DNA of 64,000 bases from Octopus sinensis (GCF_006345805.1 NC_043019.1:7687360-7751359), one strand, 5' to 3'. Shown: positions 1 to 11,948, numbered from the stretch's first letter. Notes: generated by a model from the letters alone, not told the origin. Program-made: numbers and translations.

Positions 1-599
1 GAAAGAAATGAAGAACTACGAATGAATAATGAATAAAAAATAAAAGTAAAATAATGGAAAATAAATAAACTATGAATGAAAAATATTAAAGAAGTATGAA
101 ATAGAAAAACAAATAAATAGATTAAAATGTTAAAGAAGAAAAAATATAGGAAAAGCAGCGCGGATTAGACAAGAGATGAAAACCGAATGAAAGAGAGAAG
201 AAAAGTGGATTAATAAATACGCTACGAAAGGAAGAAAATAAAGCAAGATGGAAAGGTATGAGAAAAATTAACGATTAAGAGAATGAGCAAAAAAAAAGAA
301 GGCAACGGGATATCAGTGGAAACCTCTGGAAGGAATTAAGAGTTAGGCAATGGATGAGTATTGATGCTGCAACGTGCGTTACCAAAAGAGAATTATTTGT
401 AAGAATTTGGTCAGATACATGACATACGTTAATACATACATGCATACATACATGCATACATACATACATATATTACGACCTCGAAGCGAATGTATTTATC
501 TTTCAGGTTAATGCTCGCTGAATCTGCGTTTTTGTGAATAAAAATTAAAGGGAAACAGCAAAATAGATAGAAATCTTTTTGACAAGGATCAATTACAGA

Positions 600-2400
600 G
601 GAAACTGCTAAAGTGTTTAAGAGCTGAATGATGCAGGTAACTAGTTTCGTGGTTCTAGTAATAAACTCGATGATGTTCCAGTATAAAGGAAACCGTATTC
701 AGTTTTAGTTTTCGGAAATGTCCATCCGCGACAGTTCTTGCTCCACTTGTACAGCTTCAGCATAACTGTGAGCTAAAGGTTTAAGATACCTGAGGGACAG
801 GGACCTGTGATGTACAAGGTGCGGGTGTAAATGCCTGGAATGATAATTTCAGACATACACCCCTTACATTTCGAGGAAAGAAAATATACTACCCGGGGTT
901 GTTGGTTTTAAATAAAGGTTTTGTATTTCTAGGGTTTAAATATCTTAGATTGTGGTCAAATGCAATGAGATTGTGCTTGTTTCATTGGGTTTTGCTGGCA
1001 AATTCTTCCCTATGTCGCTTCCGTGTATTTGACTCTTCCAACGCCATGCAATTCGATGGCTTGGATTTCTGTCGGTTGCCGAGCGTTGGTAGAATTTTCA
1101 TGTATGTGGATATTTATTAAGTAGTTGCAATGAGACAGTGATAGGATTACCTGATAAATGCGGTTAGCGTTTTAGTTCAGATTATGTTCGAAAGGGAGAA
1201 ATAAATAGTGTTTAAATTACTGATTCAAGACCAGCTATATTGCCTACCAGCGTTATTGTTACAATAAATTACTTATTGGAAATAGTAAGATTTCTTTTCA
1301 ACAAGTGATACAGAATACCTCTAAACTAGAGACACATTCATATTTATATAACATTTTAGTAATTTATAAACCAATATAAACTCTTTTTGAACGATGAATT
1401 CCAAACTGCCATAAAGTTTTATGAAGACATAATCTACAACACAGAATGGAGAACAATACGATTTTGCTTGCCTATGAATTCTATCGTATTATATCATGTT
1501 ATAATGTCTTTTAATGGTAGTTCTATATGAAATATATTTAACAAATGTTTTCAAAGACTTGGGTAAATATTGGTTTGAGTTTCTACTTTTAGTATATATA
1601 TTATATAGGCTCCTCCTCAAAGGAAAATATTGGTAATTGAACCACTAAGGAAGTATTGATCATGTATATTCGAAGAACAATTAGAAACAGGAAAAGAAAT
1701 TGTGACCAAGGTATTTTTGTTCCTTACAAGAAAGAGCGGATGTAGGAAGGATATAATGAAGAAGGGAGATGAAAGGTGAACAAATGAAGGTAAAAAAGAA
1801 ACAATTTATATAAAGCATGTCACGGTGAACAGGTGACTCACAGGTTAGAAATCTAGGCTGATGAGAGAAAAGATTCAACGAAGATCATCATGAAAAAAGT
1901 ATGTTGTGAATTATTCAGTGAATGGTGTATTTGGACCACATTCCTATGGACAAAGCGAATGCTTTGCCATTTCCGTAATGCAAAATATTTTACTGCAGAA
2001 AATTCAAGTTATGGATGCATCAGCAAATGAGATTATGAAACCTGGCTGTCACCCTCAATATGATCAGAATCATTTTATTACTAGACATCTCTCGTAAGTG
2101 ATCCTATAAATTCATTTCACATTCGAAATAAATATTAATTCCCACGTTTATCTTTCTGCTTTGTGTCAGGTGAGATCCAGTTTCCAAATACTGAAGGACG
2201 ATCCCTTCATTGTGCACGTCCAATTGCGTCATACGCCTTTATTTTTTCCATCCAGATATAGGTTACTTACTCAGGTGTGTGCATGTTACACCTCTCAGGC
2301 TAAAGGATTTAGAACTCCTAATGAAACTTGCAATCCATGTAACGTGTTTCGCGTGTTCATATACTGCACCATCCTGAAACGATCGTAAATTTATTTAGAT
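600..2400 (-). mobile_element. Heavily decayed PLE RT/GIY-YIG remnant (tentative)
   Basis: Fragmentary minus-strand peptides (KWQS..V...NNSQHTFFMMIFVESF; RSFL*GTKIPW; FDHNLRYLNPRNTKPL) loosely resemble PLE RT and endonuclease. Many stops. Confidence 0.35.
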
Positions 2401-3199
2401 AACTTATTGATGTTTCACATGTTAGAGCTGCAGAGTGTATGTGGATTCTGCTGGAACACAAACTACATGATGAGTGATACTTTAGTATTAATTACCAATG
2501 GTTTTCATCAGTTAGAATTTATAACTACGTGGGATATATCTATGAGATAATGAACAGAAAAATATGCACTGCTACGCTACCTGGTGTACAGTCGAAGAAT
2601 CAAATGAAAAGTAAAGAAAGCTGAGTTAATACTACAATCGTTATCTTTACGTTTTGTATTCTTTATAAAATAAATGTTTAAACTGTGACAGAATGGAATA
2701 ATAAAAATTATATTTGAATTGTATAAATTGAACTCCCAAAACAGAGAAATATATTTTTTATCAGGTTTATTATTAGTTCATATTACGGGATCTCACACAT
2801 TTGGGGATCTCCGAACTGTTGACGATGTATTGTACTCTGTCTAATATAAAGAAGTTGCGCGAAGAAGAAACCCATCCCAAATTGAATTATGAGAGTAATG
2901 AACGACAGAAGCATCATTAGAGAAACATACTTTTTCAGCTCAGTCACTTTGATTTTTGTTTTGAATGCAGCTAAATAACATACCTAACACTTCGGTAAGT
3001 GTGAAGAACAAATTATGGAAAACTGCATCAGAAGAAAAGAAAATTCTAAAGATGGAGCTACTGATAAAAAAAAAGCAACCTAATAAAAACAAAACTATGA
3101 ACAATGTAAAATCAAGTTTCTTACTTTTCACATTAAGTTGCAGCGACCTAGGAGTTCCTTCTGCGAATTATTCCCTCTATAATAAAATGAACGAAAATG

Positions 3200-3620
3200 G
3201 CAAGGAATTTCGCAGACAAATTCAATTGAACCGTTAAAACCCATCTCCAAATATAGTTTGCATGGCTTATTATTCAGTCGAATACTTAGTTGTGCAACAC
3301 ACATTTTGGTCCTGAGTAACTTTTTATGGAATGAAATAACGATATTCGTTTCTTAGTTCAAATTTTAAAATTCCATTGATTGTCCAGATGTTCGGATGTC
3401 TGGTTTCAAATAAAGGATTTGTATTTCTGGCGTTTACGTAATATCTCAGATTATGGTTAAGCGAAAGTCGACTGAGTTCTGTTTCAACGTTTTTAATGGC
3501 ACATTCTCTCCAGAATTACTTCGGTGTGGTTCATTCTTGTAATTCTCTCCTATGTGACGCACATGTTTAAGAAGGCTGTTGTGGCTGATGTGTTCCTGTA
3601 GAAGTTTGGTCTTGTTGTTT
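3200..3620 (-). mobile_element. Decayed PLE GIY-YIG endonuclease fragment, paralogous to 900-1010 (tentative)
   Basis: 3401-3510 is roughly 70% similar to 903-1010, with synonymous changes and an in-frame 3-nt indel in the frame NHNLRYYVNARNTNPL; downstream KSYSGPKC..IISHAN. Confidence 0.4.
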
Positions 3621-4885
3621 GCATTGAAATTTTTAAAGGATCTCTCATTACCTCAAGTTTGCTTTATCTCTCTCTTTCTCTCTCTCTCTCACACACACAC
3701 ACAGTCCGTGGGTAAGGACTATTAGTGTTCTAGCTAATTCGATCCATGGATTTGCCTGCTCGTGCTATTCAAATTGAAAGCGAGTGAACGCCCACGCATT
3801 CGTGTAACGTGAATGTAGTTCTCGGCAAAATTCCTCGTGACACCGAATGTGGCAAGGCAGGCGCATTGGATTATATGCACAGCTCATTTTTAATTACCTG
3901 AGTACACTGGAAAAACGTGGAATAAAATATCTTGCTCAAGAACAGAAAGTACCACCGAATAACGAACCCTCGATGATACGATTGCAAGCCGAATATTGTA
4001 AATATTGAGCTACGCGCCTTTACATATGCGCACACACATGGTCACACATGCACACATGCAGTCACACACACGCACAGGCACACATGCATACTCGATAATG
4101 GAAGGAGGATTGTGTGAATGTGGAAAAGGGGAGAATAAGTATTTGTTGAACTGGAAAGTTGAAAGAGGTCAAAAGAAAGCCTGATAGAATGTATGTTAAA
4201 TGTCTACATCCTACAAGCATTATATGTTGTTATATTTTCTGAAATCTATGTAAGTGTTGACGAAAGTGTGCGCTTGTGTGCATCACGATGTTTTAGACAA
4301 GGAATCTCAATCTAAGTGCGAACATGAAAATGATTTCGTTTGATAATTTAATTTGTGCAGCTAATGATTTTCGTGTCACCACGCAGGATTCCATTTAATT
4401 TACGTTTCACACTCAAGTGACGTTCATCGCATTAAAAACCAAATTGAAATGAGTTGAAGACGATGTCAGTATAATATGGACATTGTGTTGAAAGGTAAAT
4501 TCCATGCACCTGCTTATGTCTTTTATCTTGTACTGGTTTCAGTCATTAAAGTGGGGCCCTGCTGGAGCACCGCCGTGAAGAATTTTAGTCGATCAAATCG
4601 ATCCAGTAATTATATTACGGATTAAAAGCCAGATATTGGCTCCATTGGTCCCTTTTCTCGAACATCTTGGTTACAAGGTATAGGTAAGCACAGGAAAACC
4701 GCTTGTCAAGCGGTATGCGTGTGTGTGAGGGTGAAACACAGACTCACACACAAATGTGAGTTCGGAGACTTATATAAATATTTATATTCATACGTTTGTA
4801 TTTCCTGTTCATTACCGTAGGTCGGGAACAAAGAGAAATTGGCTCTGGACTTGCGCATTTCACGTAAGTTCAGATTAAATTCCTC

Positions 4886-4925
<40 letters not shown>

Positions 4926-5271
4926 GCACATCACATTTGTAATGTAGTGACACAAATGTCATACAATGTAAGAGAACATACCAGAGGGCATTACTTTAGA
5001 GAGCATGACGCTGAATGAATTTCAACTTTATATATATATATATATATATATTAATCAATTTAGGGTAGCAAAAAATTCAGTAAAAATTTATCGCTACCAG
5101 CGGCCTAGTGGAAAAGAGAAAATAGTCAAAGACTAAATATATATAAATATAACAATTTAGGAATGGCCTAAACAGGCCATTCGTCCACCAGAAAGAGCAG
5201 CCAGAACTCAAACCGCCAAGTAGTGCAATTCGGAAATAAGGTGAAAATTTAAAAACGTTTACCCTAATTCA

Positions 5272-5372
5272 TCTTTTATACGATGCATCGTTTCGGTGTT
5301 TTTAATGATAGACCAGCTTAATTAAATTAAATTAAGCTAGTCTACCATAGGTCACACTTCATCAGTAAAAGA
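5272..5372 (-). ncRNA. Type I hammerhead ribozyme, copy 1 of the 475-nt unit
   Basis: Reverse complement of the motif at 6215-6315. Predicted GUA cleavage between plus-strand 5279 and 5278. Confidence 0.85.
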
Positions 5373-5746
5373 AACCTTGGAGAGACGAATATACACGAGG
5401 CGACTGTATCAATGCCTCGGGAATATCTGTCTTAAAATTTTCAAGACCAACGCATTCGCGCCAAACTTATCGGCAGCAAATATAAACTGCCGATTCAATC
5501 TCAGAATTAGTCAGAAAATTATCAATTAATCAATTTAGGGTAGCAAAAAATTCAGTAAAAATTTATCGCTACCAGCGGCCTAGTGGAAAAGAGAAAATAG
5601 TCAAAGACTAAATATATATAAATATAACAATTTAGGAATGGCCTAAACAGGCCATTCGTCCACCAGAAAGAGCAGCCAGAACTCAAACCGCCAAGTAGTG
5701 CAATTCGGAAATAAGGTGAAAATTTAAAAACGTTTACCCTAATTCA

Positions 5747-5847
5747 TCTTTTATACGATGCATCGTTTCGGTGTTTTTAATGATAGACCAGCTTAATTAA
5801 ATTAAATTAAGCTAGTCTACCATAGGTCACACTTCATCAGTAAAAGA
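5747..5847 (-). ncRNA. Type I hammerhead ribozyme, copy 2
   Basis: Identical to copy 1. Predicted cleavage between 5754 and 5753. Confidence 0.85.
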
Positions 5848-6214
5848 AACCTTGGAGAGACGAATATACACGAGGCGACTGTATCAATGCCTCGGGAATA
5901 TCTGTCTTAAAATTTTCAAGACCAACGCATTCGCGCCAAACTTATCGGCAGCAAATATAAACTGCCGATTCAATCTCAGAATTAGTCAGAAAATTATCAA
6001 TTAATCAATTTAGGGTAGCAAAAAATTCAGTAAAAATTTATCGCTACCCTAAATTGATTAATTGATAATTTTCTGACTAATTCTGAGATTGAATCGGCAG
6101 TTTATATTTGCTGCCGATAAGTTTGGCGCGAATGCGTTGGTCTTGAAAATTTTAAGACAGATATTCCCGAGGCATTGATACAGTCGCCTCGTGTATATTC
6201 GTCTCTCCCAGGTT

Positions 6215-6315
6215 TCTTTTACTGATGAAGTGTGACCTATGGTAGACTAGCTTAATTTAATTTAATTAAGCTGGTCTATCATTAAAAACACCGAAACGAT
6301 GCATCGTATAAAAGA
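6215..6315 (+). ncRNA. Type I hammerhead ribozyme, copy 3
   Basis: Stem I TCTTTTA (6215-6221)/TAAAAGA (6309-6315); core CTGATGA 6222-6228; stem II GTGT/ACAC plus an 18-bp hairpin 6239-6256/6265-6282 with two G.U pairs; GAAA 6293-6296; palindromic stem III CGATGCATCG; GTA cleavage at 6308/6309. Confidence 0.85.
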
Positions 6316-6689
6316 TGAATTAGGGTAAACGTTTTTAAATTTTCACCTTATTTCCGAATTGCACTACTTGGCGGTTTGAGTTCTGGCTGCTCTTTCTGGT
6401 GGACGAATGGCCTGTTTAGGCCATCCCTAAATTGTTATATTTATATATATTTAGTCTTTGACTATTTTCTCTTTTCCACTAGGCCGCTGGTAGCGATAAA
6501 TTTTTACTGAATTTTTTGCTACCCTAAATTGATTAATTGATAATATTCTGACTGATTCTGAGATTGAATCGGCAGTTAATATTTCCTGCCGATAAGTTTG
6601 GCGCGAATGCGTTGGTCTTGAAAATTTTAAGACAGATATTCCCGAGGCATTGATACAGTCGCCTCGTGTATATTCGTCTCTCCCAGGTT

Positions 6690-6790
6690 TCTTTTACTGA
6701 TGAAGTGTGACCTATGGTAGACTAGCTTAATTTAATTTAATTAAGCTGGTCTATCATTAAAAACACCGAAACGATGCATCGTATAAAAGA
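6690..6790 (+). ncRNA. Type I hammerhead ribozyme, copy 4
   Basis: Same motif shifted by 475 bp. Predicted cleavage at 6783/6784. Confidence 0.85.
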
Positions 6791-6910
6791 TGAATTAGGG
6801 TAAACGTTTTTAAATTTTCACCTTATTTCCGAATAGCACTACTTGGCGGTTTGAGTTCTGGCTGCTCTTTCTGGTGGACGAATGGCCTGTTTAGGCCATT
6901 CCTAAATTGT

Positions 6911-6959
<49 letters not shown>

Positions 6960-6989
6960 ATATATATATATATAGAAATAGAGAGAGAG

Positions 6990-7275
6990 AGGCGCAGAAA
7001 TGGCAGTGTGATAAGCAGTTTCCTTGCCTACCACATTGATCTGGGTTCAGTCCCACTGCATGGCACCTTGGTCGAGTGTCTGTGTGTTTCCTCCCTAACA
7101 TCTCTCGACAAGTGATGTTGGTGTATTTACATCTCCGTAACGAAGTGCTTCGGCAAAAGAGACCGATTGAATAAGTACTAGGCTTACAAAAAATAAGTCC
7201 TGCGGTCCATTTGTTCGAATGAAGGTGGTGCTCTAGCAAGGCCGCAGTCAAATGGCTAACACAAATAAAAGAATA
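6990..7275 (+). mobile_element. tRNA-derived SINE (family 1, diverged)
   Basis: Colinear with 7466-7854. Other family-1 pieces lie near 4530-4720, 24585-24740, 25950-26135, 34050-34400, 37290-37450, 39895-40040, 43590-43770 and 53310-53430. Confidence 0.75.
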
Positions 7276-7420
7276 CATACATCATATGCAATGACATATT
7301 ATGGCCATCTATCTGCCTCTCTATATATCTGTATATGTATCTATCTGTCTGTCTGTCTGTCTATCTACATTAACTAAATATCGGTGTTTTTATCCATAGA
7401 TCTGTATATACATCGCCCTC

Positions 7421-7465
<45 letters not shown>

Positions 7466-7466
<1 letters not shown>

Positions 7467-7599
7467 GGCGCAGCAGTGGCCGTGTGGTAAGTAGCTTGCT
7501 AACCAACCGCATGGTTCCGGGTTCAGTCCCACTGCGTGGCACCTTGGGCAAGTGTCTTCTGCTATAGCCCCGGGCCGACCATTTGGTAGACAGAAACTG

Positions 7600-7630
<31 letters not shown>

Positions 7631-7854
7631 GTGTTTGTGTGTCTGTGTTTGTCCCCCTAGCATTGCTTGACAACCGATGCTGGTGTGTTTACGTCCCCGT
7701 CACTTAGCGGTTCGGCAAAAGAGACCGATAGAATAAGTACTTGGTTTACAAAAGAATAAGTCCCGGGGTCGATTTGCTCGACTAAAGGCGGTGCTCCAGC
7801 ATGGCCGCAGTAAAATGACTGAAAGAAGTAAAAGAGTAAAAGAGTAAAAGAGTA
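7466..7854 (+). mobile_element. tRNA-derived SINE (family 1)
   Basis: Head AGGCGCAG..GTGGC.GTGTGGTAAG, B-box-like GGTTCAGTCCC, 3' GGCGGTGCTCCAGCATGGCCGCAGT and (AAAAGAGT)n tail. Confidence 0.85.
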
Positions 7855-8459
7855 TATATGTATATATATATATATGTATGTATATATTTATGTATATATA
7901 TATATATGTATGTATATATTTATATATATGTATATATGTATGCATGTATTACACGCCAACTTAGTGCTTAGGCACATATATTCAATATAGCAGATGATAT
8001 AACACAGAGGCAAAATCAGTAACAACTCCATCAAGACTTAGAGCCCCGCCAACCCAAGAACACGAGCAACATATCAAACACAACAAGCAGTACCACAACA
8101 AGAACAGCATGAACAAACAAAAATAAATATGTAATACCAATTATTTACCTGACTTCAGTAAATATTCTATAGTCTAGAACTTTTGTATAGACAGCTTTTA
8201 GCATTATTGCAGTTTTTGAAATAAAACACAAATATAAAATACGAAAGTAATCAGAAGCCAGGAAAGAAGAAAAGAGAAAAAGGTAAACATGGAGAATGAT
8301 GAACAGAAGTCATTACAATTCTCGAAAGAAATTCCTCTGGGAAATCGAGAGATTGTTTCGAAAATATATTTTCGCTGGGTTTGTTATATATTTTCAATTT
8401 AATTATTTTTCTACTCTGTGTGTAAAGATACATATATATATACATCTATTATGGATGTA

Positions 8460-8475
8460 TGTATATATGTGTATT

Positions 8476-8508
<33 letters not shown>

Positions 8509-8731
8509 TATATATATATTATATATATATATATATATACACATATATGTGTGTGTGTGTGTGTGTATACATACACACTAACACATAAATATACCTCCAT
8601 GCCTCTAGACAATTCTGTGTATATGTATATGTGTGGGTGTATATATGTATATATATATATATATATACATATATGTATACATATGCATGTATATATATGT
8701 ATATATATTTATATACATATATATATGTATA

Positions 8732-8778
<47 letters not shown>

Positions 8779-8911
8779 AATATATATATATATATGCATA
8801 TATGTATAAATATATATATGCATATATATATATATAATATATATATATACATATAATATATATGTGTCCATCTATATATTTATGTATATATATATATATG
8901 TATATATATAT
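8460..8911. repeat. (TA)n-rich microsatellite (one of >30 such tracts)
   Basis: Direct reading. Confidence 0.95.
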
Positions 8912-8968
8912 AAGTAGAAAACAAAATGGAGGTAAGAAAGGTAATTATTGTTTAATTGGTCAATTTCG

Positions 8969-9065
8969 CTTCTTACAACCGTTTCAATAAATACTCAATA
9001 ATTTAATTAGACATTTTACATTAAATTTATAGTTATGTGACATGAGTATCATCTCATCAGTGAAA
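8969..9065 (-). ncRNA. Type I hammerhead ribozyme, partly degenerate (second family)
   Basis: Minus strand: TTTCA-CTGATGA-GATGATACTC...GAGTATTTATT-GAAA-CGGTTG-TA|AGAAG. Stem II ~10 bp with G.U pairs; stem I has an A.A mismatch at its first pair. Confidence 0.6.
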
Positions 9066-9116
9066 AAATGCTGTACCTGTGAATGTTATATGTGGCCCTG
9101 TCAATTCCTTACAGTA

Positions 9117-9213
9117 GACTCTGATGAAATTATACTAATTTCACATAAATATAAATTTAATGTAGACATTTGTAATTAAATTATTTAGTATTAATGGAGA
9201 CTGCCGTAAGAAG
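9117..9213 (+). ncRNA. Degenerate inverted copy of the 8969-9065 hammerhead
   Basis: CTGATGA at 9121-9127, GAGAC in place of GAAAC at 9197-9201, then GTA|AGAAGCGAA. Colinear with the reverse complement of 8960-9065. Confidence 0.45.
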
Positions 9214-9415
9214 CGAAGATGACCAACTTGTTGATAATAAACAATTATAAACTTCCTTATCTCTATTTTCTTTTTTTCGTGTATAAGTATATAAACTATA
9301 TGCTTAATATATCCTTATTGTTTTAAGAGAAATACATCCCCCTAAAATACAAGATATTGAACCAGTACTTCCTTGGATGTAGCCATCTCTTCACGAGGTC
9401 AATAGACTATATATA

Positions 9416-9453
<38 letters not shown>

Positions 9454-10235
9454 TTGAACATCACTTCGGACACACTATATAGAGTACCTTTATATACAAT
9501 GTGAATGTCTAAATTAACAAGAGTGAACATTTTCACTTAACCAGATTGCAGGTGTGTGTATAACCATATATTCAGCAAGTATGAAACGTGAATATATTTT
9601 TATTTGGCCAAATGATGTCCATATTTCGGATGTTTCACAACCTTTCTTCGCGGAGGATTAATTTAAAGTTGTAAATAATTTTGCGTACACGTTTGTATGA
9701 ATGCGTGTGTTCAGCATCTCAGAACGCTACTGGATTATCACAAATCCAAGCAAATGAATTGACCTCAGCAGATCACCAGAAGAACCCGATTTCATCAATA
9801 GATAAAATTAAAATATATCCCAACTCATGTCAATTAATATTATGTTGTATATAGGGACCAAATGAATCACTAATCTTAATTTATGCAAAATAAGGATAAT
9901 GAGAGACAAAGGAAATAAATGGACATGAAGTAAAAATAAAATGACATAAACATGGATTAGTTTTAACTTTTGGTAAAAGGGCAGAAGTTTTGTGGAAGGG
10001 GCCAAGTCGATTAAGTCGACCCTAGTGTGTAAAATGGTACTTATTTATTCGACGTCTAAACGATGAAAAGAAAAGTTGACTTCGGTGGAATTTGAACTCA
10101 GATCATAAAGACGGACGAAATACTACTACGTATTTTTCCCGGCGTGCTAACGATTCCACCAGTTCACTACCTGTGCATATATATGGCGGTGCCCCAGCAT
10201 GGCCACAGCTCATGAGCTGAAACTAGAATCAATCA

Positions 10236-10674
10236 TATGTAATAAAATGATATAAAAGATCCGTTTACTCAAATTAATTACACAGGTGGATTGTCAGGGG
10301 CCAAAGACCTCATGACTTTAAAGATTCTGCAGAATTCATGGATGATATCTTCAAGGAATGGAGGTAAATCTAGTTCCGAGAAACTGTGTACTTCAATAAA
10401 AAATATTTTCTATAAAAGTCCACCAAAGAAAAAGAACACATCCACAGAAGGAATTTGAGCTTTCAAGAATATCACCGACGTATGAAACAGACCTAAATAA
10501 GCTTTTCATAAATCGACAAGGTATTAAACGGGACCACGTCAATTACACTCAACGCAGAATCACTTCAATAAAAACATATATGTATAGAAATAAATATAGA
10601 TACACACACGCGTGGGCACACCGAAACACGCATACACACACATATGCATGCGTACATGCGCACACACACATATG

Positions 10675-10706
<32 letters not shown>

Positions 10707-11710
10707 GTATGTATGTATATGTGTATATATATATATGTATGTATGTATATGTATAACTATCTGTCTATATACACATACATATTTACACAAACACACACAC
10801 ATATATGTATAAAGAGATTCCTATTTACAATAATATCAAGTGTCATAGTATGCGTCAAAAGATACCTTGACGTAAAAAAAAAATGATTAATTAATAATTA
10901 ATGCCATTACAGGTAGAAAACATTACAGGTAGCACCAGCGCGCTACAAAATATCAGTCACAAGACAATTACAAGCGCAAATTTCCACTGATACACATTAA
11001 CTGAAGCAAGGGTAAGGGGAAAAAATTATAAGCTCGCGTACCAATAACGAAAAGAGTCGTAAATCGAAAAGCCAGATATACCCATATCGTCACGATTTCG
11101 AATTAATGGATATCGGTGAATATTTGTGGTTGTAGTTGTCTCTGACTACTATTTTTAGCGGGTCGGTGCTACGTGTAGTACACATAACTATATACATACA
11201 CGTGAAAGGTAAATTTTATATCAAACTTTTTGTGAATATTTTGGTAGAAAGCCAAATATTTTGGTATTCACTTTAAGAGATTCTTAAATATGGACGTATG
11301 CTGCACAAAAGACCATATAGTTAAATAGCTGGAAGACGAGAATTGTCTGCTAGCGATGCTGGAACTGACTTATTCCCATAAATGTATAATAAGATGAAGT
11401 AAAATATACGTTTACTCAAATTAATTACACAGGTAGATTGTCAAAAGCCAAAGAGCTCGTGACTTAAAGATTCTGCAGAATTCATGGATAATTTCTTCAA
11501 GGTACGGCGGTAAATCTATCTCCAAGCAACTGTATACTTCAATAAAAATATTTTCTATAAAAGTTCACCAAAACCAGAATACATCCACAGAAGGAATTTG
11601 AGAGATTCTTTAATATGGACGGGTGCTGCACAAAAGAATATACAGTTACATAGCTGGAAGACGAGAATCGTCTGCTAGTGATGCCGGAATTGCCTTATTC
11701 TCATAAGATC
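10236..11710 (+). repeat. Diverged ~326-bp tandem/dispersed duplication, possibly decayed PLE RT (KDSAEFMD...EGI)
   Basis: 10236-10470 resembles 11386-11602; 11277-11385 resembles 11603-11710. Confidence 0.55.
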
Positions 11711-11896
11711 TGATAGAGTTGTAGAGCTGCCGTCGACGCACGACGTCATATGTTTTATATGCATCTTAAGAGGGTCCTTTTGGAAGAATTAACGCCGACA
11801 ATTTTTCCAAGTTAGAGCAAATTTGGAAGGCTCGAGAGAAAAAGAGGTAAAAAGAGAGTGAGAGGGAATTAAGGTCTGGGAGACAGGGAGACAAGA

Positions 11897-11948
<52 letters not shown>

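Larger units (their letters stand above)
5051..6915. mobile_element. Retrozyme-like / PLE pseudo-LTR-like array: 475-bp unit, ~2.1 tandem copies followed by ~1.8 inverted copies (palindrome), flanked by (TA)n
   Basis: Unit start TTAATCAATTTAGGGTAGC recurs at 5051, 5526 and 6001 (period 475). From 6043 the reverse complement runs to ~6915 (recurs at 6043 and 6518). Loop 6020-6042. No ORF >=60 aa in the track. Each unit holds an HHR core. Confidence 0.85.

Noticed and set aside
507-636. AG...GT-bounded candidate exon on the plus strand
   Set aside because: Stops in all three frames.
2318-2392. CTAATGA...GAAA-CGATCG-TA hammerhead-like motif
   Set aside because: Core G is mutated and stems I and II do not pair.
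5051-6048. CRISPR-like or ordinary satellite interpretation of the tandem array
   Set aside because: Units are 475 bp and identical with no unique spacers, and the context is eukaryotic; the HHR content explains the structure better.
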